NCBI GenBank assembly: GCA_964597675.1
Contig: CAZQYV010000004.1
Span: 5,590 to 69,589, forward strand
Direction: 5' to 3'
Source of the DNA: an uncultured Candidatus Saccharibacteria bacterium
GTDB taxonomy: Bacteria; Patescibacteriota; Minisyncoccia; Phycocordibacterales; DATDWN01
DNA: 64,000 bases
Under the pieces are notes generated by a model. The model did no database searches, was not told the DNA's origin, and saw only the letters and a program-made list of their open reading frames with translations. Shown here piece after piece: positions 56,012 through 64,000 of this stretch. The position numbers and the translations under genes were made by a program. Each line of letters starts with the position of its first letter. The first letter of the stretch is position 1.

Positions 56012-57421
56012 TTATTTCTCCTTCTTTTTTACAAGTGAGATATTTAACTCCGCCAATTGTTCAGTAGAAATCTCTGCAGGTGAATTCATCATGAGGTCTC
56101 TCCCCTCGCCTGTTTTTGCGAATGGTATAACCTCGCGAATGTTTGGTTCATTTTGTAATAGCATCATCAAGCGATCAAGCCCCCATGCAATACCTCCATG
56201 TGGTGGCGTGCCAAGTGAAAAAGCAGTCAGCATATGTCCAAAGTTTCTTTGAATATCATCCAGCTTGTGTCCCATAATTTCAAAAACTTTCTCAAGTGCT
56301 TTTGGATCATGATTTCTGATACTGCCCCCGCCAATCTCATAGCCGTTTAAAGCGACATCATATTGAGTAGTTAAAATCTCACCAACATGACTCTTTTCAA
56401 TAAGCCATGGCAAATGTGCTGGTTGTGGACGGGAAAATGGATTGTGTGTAAATGTCCAACCACCCTCATCAGTTTTCTCAAAGAAAGGAAAATCTACAAC
56501 CCAACAAAACGCTAGCAAATTTGGATCACTTTTATCCTCTCGAATATCTGGCTTATCTGAATTGTATTTCTCCATTGCCTCCGCATATGAAAATCTTGGA
56601 AATGGAATCTGCTGGATACGTTTTTCTGGGTATAATCTCTGTACCAATGCAATCAACAGTTTTTCATTAAGTTCCATTACATCTTCACGCTCTACAAAAC
56701 TCATCTCGAGGTCAAGTTGTGTAAATTCTGGCTGGCGGTCACCTCGAGTGTCCTCGTCTCGCATACATCGTGCAATCTGGAAATATTTTTCCATACCAGC
56801 AGTCATCAGTAGTTGTTTGTACTGCTGCGGAGATTGCGGAAGTGCATAAAACATACCGGGGTAGAGACGTGCAGGGACCACGTAGTCGCGTGACCCTTCT
56901 GGTGTTGATTTTGTAAGTAGTGGAGTCTCGATTTCGATAAAACCTTCTGCATCAAGGTAATCTCGAATAAACTTAATCACCTTGTGACGGTTGCGTACGT
57001 TTTTCTGCATGCGATCGCTACGTAGATCAATATAGCGGTATTTCAGGCGTACATCTTCACCAATTTCTCGTGTATCACCTGATATTTCAAATGGTAATAC
57101 ATCTGTCTTATTCAAAATTTCAATTGCTTGTATTTCAAGTTCGATATCGCCATTTATAATCCCCTCTTTGATATTTCTCTCTGGTCGTTTATTGACCATA
57201 CCAGTTATTGCAACTACCCATTCGGTGCGCATTTCCTTGGCTGTCTCAATCGCTTCTGAATTCGGCAGCACAACCCCCTGTACCACTCCTGATGCATCGC
57301 GAACATCAACAAAAACCATTTTACCTTGATCACGTCGTACAGCGATCCACCCTTTCACCACAACTTGCTGACCAACATATTTACTTAATTCATTTATGTG
57401 TATTCGTTTCATAGTAATCAA
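56012..57421 (-). CDS. aspS: Aspartyl-tRNA synthetase, short (archaeal/eukaryote-like length, no GAD insertion)
   Basis: N-terminal OB fold. The flipping loop FYALPQSPQQYKQLL is the AspRS hallmark. Class II motifs 2 and 3 are present. 469 aa. Confidence 0.85.
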   Translation of the reverse strand: MITMKRIHINELSKYVGQQVVVKGWIAVRRDQGKMVFVDVRDASGVVQGVVLPNSEAIETAKEMRTEWVVAITGMVNKRPERNIKEGIINGDIELEIQAIEILNKTDVLPFEISGDTREIGEDVRLKYRYIDLRSDRMQKNVRNRHKVIKFIRDYLDAEGFIEIETPLLTKSTPEGSRDYVVPARLYPGMFYALPQSPQQYKQLLMTAGMEKYFQIARCMRDEDTRGDRQPEFTQLDLEMSFVEREDVMELNEKLLIALVQRLYPEKRIQQIPFPRFSYAEAMEKYNSDKPDIREDKSDPNLLAFCWVVDFPFFEKTDEGGWTFTHNPFSRPQPAHLPWLIEKSHVGEILTTQYDVALNGYEIGGGSIRNHDPKALEKVFEIMGHKLDDIQRNFGHMLTAFSLGTPPHGGIAWGLDRLMMLLQNEPNIREVIPFAKTGEGRDLMMNSPAEISTEQLAELNISLVKKKEK

Positions 57422-58399
57422 TTAATATAGCTTTACACCAATCGCTTCACGTACCAGTTCCATCTTTTTCTCGGCCTTTTGCTGTGCACGTTTACCACCT
57501 TCACGTAAAATATCAAGCACGTAATCTCGATCATCTGCCAGTTGTGCTCGTTTCTCACGTAAAGGCGCACAGAATAATTCGATTTTTTCGATCAATGTTT
57601 CCTTTGCCTCTTTGTAGCCCAATCCACCATTAGTGTAGCGAGAAGCGAGAGCAAGTCGTTCATCATCTGTCGCAAACAATTTATATAACTTAAATATAGT
57701 ATCTTCCTCTGGATTTTTTGGCTCATCCACACCTCTTGAATCAGTCGGTATAGCCATTACAGCTTTTTTGATTTCATCGTGTGTTGCAAAAAGTGGAATT
57801 GTATTACCATAACTTTTGCTCATCTTGCGTCCATCGGTACCCGGTACAACAGCAACTTCTTCAAGAATTTTTGCTTCTGGTAATTTGAAAACGTCACCAA
57901 ATATACGATTAAATTTTTCTGCAGTATCCCTCGCATATTCAACATGCTGTTTTTGATCCTGACCAACGGGTACAATATCTGTATCGTATATCAAAATATC
58001 TGATGCCATAAGCATTGGATAATTAAAAGTACCGACTGAAATTTCCTTGTCCTTTGCTTCAGCATCTTTATAGGCATGGGCACGCATGAGGTAAGGCATT
58101 GTTGTTATTGTGTCAAAAATCCAGGCCAACTCTGTGTGCTCGGAAACATCTGATTGTTTGAAAATAACAGATTCTTTTGGATTGAGACCCAATGCCAAAT
58201 AGTCTAAAGCAACATCAAAAACACCCTGAGACATTTCATCCTTGTTTTGAATAAAATTAAGCGCATGATAGTCGGGAATAAAGAAATAGCAATTGTAGTC
58301 CTTTTGCATATTTACAAACTGTCTCATTGCCCCGAAATAATTGCCAATATGAGGCCGGCCTGTTGGCTTGACCCCAGATAGCAGTGTTTTTTTAGTCAT
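57422..58399 (-). CDS. trpS: Tryptophanyl-tRNA synthetase
   Basis: LSGVKPTGRPHIGNYFGA (HIGH-type) and GRKMSKSYGN (KMSKS) motifs. 325 aa. Confidence 0.9.
   Translation of the reverse strand: MTKKTLLSGVKPTGRPHIGNYFGAMRQFVNMQKDYNCYFFIPDYHALNFIQNKDEMSQGVFDVALDYLALGLNPKESVIFKQSDVSEHTELAWIFDTITTMPYLMRAHAYKDAEAKDKEISVGTFNYPMLMASDILIYDTDIVPVGQDQKQHVEYARDTAEKFNRIFGDVFKLPEAKILEEVAVVPGTDGRKMSKSYGNTIPLFATHDEIKKAVMAIPTDSRGVDEPKNPEEDTIFKLYKLFATDDERLALASRYTNGGLGYKEAKETLIEKIELFCAPLREKRAQLADDRDYVLDILREGGKRAQQKAEKKMELVREAIGVKLY
58297..58365. repeat. 69-nt direct repeat, copy 1 (the genuine trpS codons ~11-33)
   Basis: AGTCCTTTTGCATATTTACAAACTGTCTCATTGCCCCGAAATAATTGCCAATATGAGGCCGGCCTGTTG. It is 66/69 nt identical to 60339-60407. 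Confidence 0.8.
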
Positions 58400-58425
58400 G
58401 TAGATATTCTAGCAAAAATCACCCT

Positions 58426-60252
58426 TTATTCAAAGTCTCTCTTTTGTTTTTGAAAAGCTTCAGAATACCTCCCACCCAAACTCAAAAGTTCCTGATGTTT
58501 GCCTTTTTCAACGACTTTACCTTCATGCAATACAATTATTTCATCAGCTCGTTTTATTGTTGCAAAATTGTGCGAAATTAAAATTGCTGATGTGGTATCT
58601 GGTAAATTTTCTATTTCATTAAAAATAATTTCTGCAGAATCAGAATCAATCGAAGCAGTTGGCTCATCCAAAACAAGAAACCTTTTACCTTTATAGAATG
58701 CCCTAGCAATAGCCAACTTTTGTCTCTGCCCTTTTGATGGCTCTACCCCACCAAATTCAACACCGATCATGTGGTCATATTTACCAGTTAACTCTTCTAT
58801 AAATCCACTAGTTGTACTTTTGTCTGCTGAACCTTTAACATTCTCCATGTCTATTTCCGCAACATTTTGTCCAACAGCAATCGATTCTTTAGCTGAAAAA
58901 TTATACGTGGTAAAGTCTTGCAATAATACCCCAAGGTATTTCCACCATTCATTTATATCAACATCTCTTAAATCAATCCCGTTTACTGTAATTTTTCCTT
59001 CAACAGGATCATGAATACGAAGCAACAAGCGAACAAGAGTCGACTTACCGGCTGCATTGTTTCCAACCAAACCTATTTTCTGTCCAGGCATTATTTTAAA
59101 AGAAATATTTTCAAGAGCCCATTTTTCTTGTCCTGGATACCTGAAGGAAACATTGTCAAAAACAACAGTCGGGGCTAAATCAAGGTTTAATTTTTTTGGA
59201 TTTTTTGAATACTCAAGAACTGTTGTCTCATCGAGAACAGCCAGAATATCTGTGGCGTATAAATTCCTCTCAAGTAATCTTGCGGTATTAGAAAGCAGAC
59301 TTGATATCCACCCACTTACCCGATTTAATGCTTGAAACGCAAAAACCACTGTTCCAATAGCTATCATGCCAGCAATTGCCTCATTTATTATCACAGCGGT
59401 ACCAACAAACAAACCTATGGCCGCAAAAATACTTGCACTTACTTTTGCTATTGTTCTCCAATTTTCTGTTGATAGTTGTTCATTTCTAAATTTATCTAGA
59501 ATATCCTTAATATCCGTCAAAAATTTTCCACCAGCTTGATAGAGTCTGCTGTCGATAACTGAAACCTTGCTACTAAAAAATCTTCTTAAGTCCTGATATC
59601 TTCTCTGCTCAGGACTGTTTTTTGCCCATATTCCCCAAATTCTCCCACCATATTTTATTTCAATCCAAAAATCAGGAATTGAGGTTACAAAAACAAGAAT
59701 AAATACTCGCCAATCAATAAAAGCAGCGGCAATAGCACCAACTACTATTCCACAGAATATTTCTAAATTAGAAAACTGCATATCGACTACGTTTATGATT
59801 GGATAAATACCATTATTGAATGCCCTTTGAAGTCTGTCTTGAAACTTTGGGTCTTCATATTGGGCAATATCAAATGATCCTCGTTTTCTTAGCGCCATTA
59901 AATCAAACAAATCCTGCATTTTTAAATATAAATGACGGTCAAGAAACGATCGAACATTTCTTATCACCGTGGGAACAGCAGTTAAAACAGCAAACATAAT
60001 TAATGCTGGATAGGTTACGGTAATATCCTGCATTTTGACACCTTCGATAATTTTATCAATTAAAATACCAAGGGCCCTTGCAGAAAAAATAGGAACTACA
60101 CCAATAATGACAGTCAATAATATCATCGTGCCGGTAAGCCACGGCATTTCATTAATTAAAATTCTAAAAATTCTGATTGTATTTCTAGCCAGGTCCTTAA
60201 AATTTTCTATACTACTTTTTGCCTTTACCTCATCAGATTTAGTTGTCTCCAT
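58426..60252 (-). CDS. ABC exporter, fused permease/ATPase (MsbA/lipid-A-exporter-like)
   Basis: Six N-terminal TM helices. Walker A (GNNAAGKST), the ABC signature (SKGQRQKLAIARA) and Walker B (FLVLDEPTASID). Confidence 0.8.
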   Translation of the reverse strand: METTKSDEVKAKSSIENFKDLARNTIRIFRILINEMPWLTGTMILLTVIIGVVPIFSARALGILIDKIIEGVKMQDITVTYPALIMFAVLTAVPTVIRNVRSFLDRHLYLKMQDLFDLMALRKRGSFDIAQYEDPKFQDRLQRAFNNGIYPIINVVDMQFSNLEIFCGIVVGAIAAAFIDWRVFILVFVTSIPDFWIEIKYGGRIWGIWAKNSPEQRRYQDLRRFFSSKVSVIDSRLYQAGGKFLTDIKDILDKFRNEQLSTENWRTIAKVSASIFAAIGLFVGTAVIINEAIAGMIAIGTVVFAFQALNRVSGWISSLLSNTARLLERNLYATDILAVLDETTVLEYSKNPKKLNLDLAPTVVFDNVSFRYPGQEKWALENISFKIMPGQKIGLVGNNAAGKSTLVRLLLRIHDPVEGKITVNGIDLRDVDINEWWKYLGVLLQDFTTYNFSAKESIAVGQNVAEIDMENVKGSADKSTTSGFIEELTGKYDHMIGVEFGGVEPSKGQRQKLAIARAFYKGKRFLVLDEPTASIDSDSAEIIFNEIENLPDTTSAILISHNFATIKRADEIIVLHEGKVVEKGKHQELLSLGGRYSEAFQKQKRDFE

Positions 60253-60338
60253 AGATTTTAATTATACCAGAGTTTATGCTTTAGTATATAGTACAAGTAT
60301 AAGCCCGTAGGATTAATATGTTATTAATCAACTAAGAG

Positions 60339-60407
60339 AGTCTTTTTGCATATTTACAAACTGTCTCATCGCCCCGAAATAATTGCCAATGTGAGGCCGG
60401 CCTGTTG
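60339..60407. repeat. 69-nt direct repeat, copy 2: a trpS 5'-coding fragment abutting the stop codon of the LUD-domain gene
   Basis: AGTCTTTTTGCATATTTACAAACTGTCTCATCGCCCCGAAATAATTGCCAATGTGAGGCCGGCCTGTTG. The two internal differences from copy 1 are synonymous in the trpS frame (GCA->GCG Ala, CAT->CAC His). Confidence 0.8.
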
Positions 60408-60408
60408 T

Positions 60409-61026
60409 CTAAAAGCCAAGTGGTTCTTCGACGAGAATGACAGTGATTTTTCGTCCTATCATAGGATTTTCTTTATGTAGAATAAGTGTCTTAGCATATG
60501 TTGTGCCAAATCCATATACGCTTTTCAATCGCTCATCCTCGAGTGGTATAACATATTCCTCTACTCGATGTAGTGCACTAGTGGTATCTGGTGTGATCTT
60601 CTGAGCACCGACAACAAAGATCAGGTTTGGCGAGGTAAAAACAATGTGAGGCAACTGACTGCCTGTGTTTGAAACAATAACAAGCTCGCCCGTTTCTGTC
60701 AGAGCATGAGCACTACCCAGATAATAATCCGATAGAACAGATTGTCGTCTAAGTAACATCTGCTTTTCAGGATCTTTCTCATTTACAATATCGGCATGTA
60801 AATTCTTCCATCCGTGTGTGCCTGATTTTAGATAATCAATATAACCAATCTCTTCCAATGTTCTTGACGAGCCATTCATTACCGACACTCCGGTTGGTAT
60901 CATTTTTTTAATTTCTGCCAATGCATCTTCCTTTGTATGTACAACTATCGGGGTAAAATTATTCGCTTGTAATGCGTCTGTTACCTTTTTAATACTTTCA
61001 TTTGTTGCGATTTGTGAATAATCCAT
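60409..61026 (-). CDS. LUD (lactate-utilisation LutC / YkgG-like, DUF162) domain protein
   Basis: 205 aa. ...LGSAHALTETGELVIVSNTGSQLPHIVFTSPNLIFVVGAQKI... is the typical LUD-domain core. Confidence 0.55.
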   Translation of the reverse strand: MDYSQIATNESIKKVTDALQANNFTPIVVHTKEDALAEIKKMIPTGVSVMNGSSRTLEEIGYIDYLKSGTHGWKNLHADIVNEKDPEKQMLLRRQSVLSDYYLGSAHALTETGELVIVSNTGSQLPHIVFTSPNLIFVVGAQKITPDTTSALHRVEEYVIPLEDERLKSVYGFGTTYAKTLILHKENPMIGRKITVILVEEPLGF

Positions 61027-61128
61027 ATATGCCTGATTAAATGTATAATTATGTATAATGAGAGTGTACCAGTTTATACTTTACTTTGTAAAGTGGTCAA
61101 TTACAAAAAATTGTGGTACAGTAAGTAC

Positions 61129-61416
61129 ATGAAGGAAAAAGGCTCATGCCCTGTTACAAAAGCAGCACATTTGATGTCTGATACATGGACAATGCTTATT
61201 ATGCATGCACTTATAACACGGCCAAAACGATTTTGTGAGATCGAGCGATCCCTTGATGGTATTTCGACACGTACCCTTACCCTAAAACTTATTTCCCTAC
61301 AAGAAGACAATCTTATCGAAAAAACTGATGATGGCTATTATGCAGCAACAGAAAAGGGTCTAGGTCTCAGACACGTGGAAAATGCAATGCGACGCTACGC
61401 CTTGAAATATCTTTAA
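61129..61416 (+). CDS. HxlR-family winged-helix transcriptional regulator
   Basis: CPVTKAAHLMSDTWTMLIMHALITRPKRFCEIERSLDGISTRTLTLKLISLQEDNLIEK. The start was set at MKEKGSCP. Confidence 0.6.
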   Translation: MKEKGSCPVTKAAHLMSDTWTMLIMHALITRPKRFCEIERSLDGISTRTLTLKLISLQEDNLIEKTDDGYYAATEKGLGLRHVENAMRRYALKYL

Positions 61417-61424
61417 CGGGGATA

Positions 61425-62108
61425 CTATTTTTTCATATAGATAATCCAAAAATTTCTTTTATAAGGGCGACCGTCCATAATTGAATAATTTGTCTTTTTT
61501 TCCATATGAATAATTGAAAAGAATGGTGAATATGTTTCAACAAAATCTTGCTTACTCCACACACGTTCCATTATCCCTATCTTTGGCATTATGTATGTAT
61601 CTTTTTCAAGGCAAGCATTATGCTTCAGGAGATACTTTGCATTTTCATCGCCATCCTTACATAATGCCTTTACAAAAAAATAACCATCATCTCGTAATAC
61701 TCTATTTGTTTCAGATAAATATACTATTCTCTCATCTTCGCTCAGTGAATTTGAAGATGTAATATCGAGAGCGATATCAACTGATGCACTAACGCATGGG
61801 AATGATTCACCTATACTTTGTTTTTTGTATACAACATCAAATTTTGTCCCAACTAAATTGTTTCTAGCAATTCCACATGCAGTTTCAGATATCTCCAAAC
61901 CGACAACATGAGCACCGTGCTCTGCAAAATAATATGAATTCCTACCTGTTCCAGATCCAAGATCAAGCACAGAAAGGCCTTCTGGCACTATCCCCTTTTC
62001 CTTTTTAAGGAAATTAACAAAACGCACCACATCTTGTTGCGGTTTATTATCCCTTGTTAAAAATGTTGGATTGCGATATTCATTATCCCAAACTTTTTCT
62101 TGTGACAT
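61425..62108 (-). CDS. Class I SAM-dependent methyltransferase
   Basis: Motif I, VLDLGSGTGRNSYYFAEHGAHVVGLEIS. Confidence 0.7.
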   Translation of the reverse strand: MSQEKVWDNEYRNPTFLTRDNKPQQDVVRFVNFLKKEKGIVPEGLSVLDLGSGTGRNSYYFAEHGAHVVGLEISETACGIARNNLVGTKFDVVYKKQSIGESFPCVSASVDIALDITSSNSLSEDERIVYLSETNRVLRDDGYFFVKALCKDGDENAKYLLKHNACLEKDTYIMPKIGIMERVWSKQDFVETYSPFFSIIHMEKKTNYSIMDGRPYKRNFWIIYMKK

Positions 62109-62137
62109 ATATATTATACAAAACTACGGCGCACGTG

Positions 62138-62223
62138 TACCTTTTGAGGAGACTTCGCAAGGCCGACGGGCAGAGACTTGATAAATTTTTCAGCAGAAAA
62201 ATATTCGTGCTCCTCAAAAGGTA
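62138..62223. repeat. Hairpin-bounded intergenic repeat, copy D
   Basis: The outer IR is TACCTTTTGAGGAG / CTCCTCAAAAGGTA. The core ACTTCGCAAGGCCGACGGGCAGAGACTTGATAAATTTTTCAGCAGAAAAATATTCGTG is ~85% identical to copy C. It lies between the histidine-kinase and methyltransferase genes. Confidence 0.6.
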
Positions 62224-62252
62224 TGCGAAGCCAAGAGTTTTGCTAGGTAGTC

Positions 62253-63890
62253 CTACTTATTTTCAGGTAACTCAATAAAGAAAGTCGACCCTTTACCCAC
62301 TCCGGCTGATTCAACCCACACCCTGCCTCCTTGGGCTTCTATCATCTGTTTTGCTACGTAGAGGCCGAGGCCTGTTCCAATAACATTTGTACGAAAGGCA
62401 TCTTTTGCTCGACTAAACTTGCCAAACAATTTAGGAATATCGTCTGGGGCAATGCCTATACCAGTGTCTTTGATTGTTATACGTATCTTACCGCTGTTAC
62501 ATCTTAATCCGACGACAATGCCTCCATGTGGTGTGTATTTAATTGAGTTATCAATTAGATTTCCAATAACTTGCTTTAACTTACCCATATCCGCATTTAC
62601 TATATAGTTTTCATCCTTCTCTATATCAAAATCAACCGAGAGACCCGCTTTATCAAGATTTGGTTTTAATTCAGTCACAATATCTGTCAGTAATTGTTGG
62701 ACATCAAATGTTGTTAAATCATATTTCATTCTCCCCTGTTCAATACGGGAGATATCCAAAAATTCATTTACAATAACAACAAGATTTTGTGTCGAATTAA
62801 ATATAACCTGTACAGCACCTTTTGTTTTTTCGGTTATTTTACCGTAGTCGCCATCCAAAATAAGTGACGCGTATCCTTTGATGGCAGTCAGTGGTCCCCG
62901 AATTTGATGTGTAGCAAGTGAAAGAAACTCTGATTTTAATTGATCGAGACTTTTCAATCGATCATTGGCTTTTTCTAGATCGCGATTAACAGTCTCAAGA
63001 TCGGTTGCAAGTTTTTGAATGTTTTCTCGTAGTTGAATCTCCTTTATAACACTCCTGATTAGGAAAATACCAGCAACAATCATAAACAGCAATAATGTAA
63101 TATTAATAAATCTGTCTGAATTATCAGTTGATGTAATGATACGCACAAGAAATGCTATCCATATAATAAAAACTAGTAATTCGGTAGCAATTACTTTCAC
63201 ATCAAACAACTGATACCTAAAGATTGCATAACCACTCACTGCAGGATACAGAGCAAATAAAATTAATGGATAAGGAAGTATTGGAATGTTGAATGTCAAA
63301 AAGAAAACACTTCCGCCTCCAGCGAAGCCAAATATAGTAAATAAAATAATATATTTATATCTTTGGATTTGTATTGGATTAGTTTCAGTCCTTAATTTTC
63401 TGAATACTATAGAAAGTGCATATAGAACAACCAAGAAAAAATAAATGGTGTAATAAATATAGAGTGGACCTGCATCACATACAAAATTGAAATGAGCTTT
63501 TGGTATTACATCTCGTACATACCATGCAGTTGGGACAAACATAAGAAAAACGAAACCAAAAAGTGCTGATACCAATATTTGTCTTTTATACCTTTGATAT
63601 GTATCAGTTATAAAAGCAATCGAAAGGAAATAACACACAGGAATATAAATAGATGCCATGTGTAAAATCCAATTACTCCACAAAGCAAGGTCGTGTGTTT
63701 TTGAATTAATCATCACAAAATATCCGAAACTCCAGATTGCTGATGTAAGATTGGACAGCAACCATGCAATATTTTCGGATTTCTTTCGATTATGTATAAA
63801 AACAACAAAACCAGATAGAAGCGCAGTAAAACCACCAAGAAGTAGAGTGATGCTAAAGTAATCAAGATTTATATTAAAACCACCTAGCAT
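62253..63890 (-). CDS. Sensor histidine kinase with a 7-TM N-terminal sensor region
   Basis: Seven or more TM helices and a coiled-coil. H-box (FLSLATHQIRGPLTAIKGY), N, G1 and G2 boxes (GTGLGLYVAKQMIEAQGGRVWVES). Confidence 0.8.
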   Translation of the reverse strand: MLGGFNINLDYFSITLLLGGFTALLSGFVVFIHNRKKSENIAWLLSNLTSAIWSFGYFVMINSKTHDLALWSNWILHMASIYIPVCYFLSIAFITDTYQRYKRQILVSALFGFVFLMFVPTAWYVRDVIPKAHFNFVCDAGPLYIYYTIYFFLVVLYALSIVFRKLRTETNPIQIQRYKYIILFTIFGFAGGGSVFFLTFNIPILPYPLILFALYPAVSGYAIFRYQLFDVKVIATELLVFIIWIAFLVRIITSTDNSDRFINITLLLFMIVAGIFLIRSVIKEIQLRENIQKLATDLETVNRDLEKANDRLKSLDQLKSEFLSLATHQIRGPLTAIKGYASLILDGDYGKITEKTKGAVQVIFNSTQNLVVIVNEFLDISRIEQGRMKYDLTTFDVQQLLTDIVTELKPNLDKAGLSVDFDIEKDENYIVNADMGKLKQVIGNLIDNSIKYTPHGGIVVGLRCNSGKIRITIKDTGIGIAPDDIPKLFGKFSRAKDAFRTNVIGTGLGLYVAKQMIEAQGGRVWVESAGVGKGSTFFIELPENK

Positions 63891-64000
63891 ATATAATCAT
63901 TATATAAGTAGTAATAGGAATTTCCAAGCATTGATGCCTCCTTGTCCTCCAGTAAATAATTTGCAAGATCCTTCACTGATGTGTAGCAAATATTTGTACC
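63884..64000 (-). CDS. 3' end of an unidentified upstream ORF (partial; runs off the window)
   Basis: An open frame ends with ...VKDLANYLLEDKEASMLGNSYYYLYNDYIC*. Its stop overlaps the histidine-kinase start in an ATGCTAG arrangement. Too short to assign. Confidence 0.25.
   Translation of the reverse strand, partial: GTNICYTSVKDLANYLLEDKEASMLGNSYYYLYNDYIC

Noticed and set aside
60339-60407. Considered programmed stop-codon readthrough from the LUD gene into the in-frame trpS-like fragment.
   Set aside because: The extension would end after 26 residues with no domain. An insertion scar is the simpler explanation, so this is mentioned only as a curiosity.
1-64000. Looked for tRNA genes, rRNA, CRISPR arrays, transposases and integrases.
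   Set aside because: There are no GTTCGAATC-type T-loop motifs or cloverleaf candidates, and no regularly spaced direct repeats with spacers. No DDE/tyrosine-recombinase-like ORFs were recognised. The repeats found are the palindromic/structured families reported above.

Overview
This is a low-GC bacterial chromosomal window, roughly high-30s % G+C by eye. Gene content and protein architectures look like a small-genome CPR/Patescibacteria-like organism, which is my inference: short aaRS genes (AlaRS lacking C-Ala, 469-aa AspRS), DUF5671-type membrane protein, sigma-70 region-4 HTH protein, many Cys/Ser/Thr-rich surface proteins. The housekeeping backbone is five aaRS genes (leuS, alaS, gltX, aspS, trpS), the end of the spc/alpha ribosomal operon (infA-rpmJ-rpsM-rpsK-rpsD-rpoA-rplQ, then rplM-rpsI), grpE/dnaK/dnaJ, ychF, mnmA, a cell-wall cluster on the minus strand (murG-ftsW-mraY-asnB-dac plus M23 peptidase), scpAB, and a 4-gene surface-protein block at the 5' end. 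Embedded in this backbone are several non-standard things:
1. A complete NUDIX hydrolase domain inserted inside LeuS.
2. A G+C-elevated accessory island (~7.1-13.6 kb, plus an orphan gene at 15.9 kb) made of small unknown genes arranged in two similarly built divergent cassettes that share a near-identical terminator and promoter/SD motif.
3. An adjacent AT-rich patch carrying a thermonuclease gene remnant.
4. Several families of short structured repeats: a 19-nt palindrome present both as the terminator upstream of leuS and as an in-frame 40-nt double-hairpin insert inside mnmA; a ~150-nt element with compensatory base changes directly flanking the grpE-dnaK unit; and a ~90-nt hairpin-bounded intergenic repeat family in three minus-strand operon junctions.
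5. A CIRCE-geometry (9-N9-9) but non-CIRCE-sequence operator array upstream of dnaK.
6. A GC-rich candidate structured ncRNA upstream of mnmA.
7. A 69-nt duplicate of the trpS 5' coding region that brackets an ABC-exporter gene, which looks like an insertion or rearrangement scar.
No tRNA, rRNA, CRISPR array, transposase or integrase was recognisable. Coordinates of non-CDS features were counted by hand from the sequence block.
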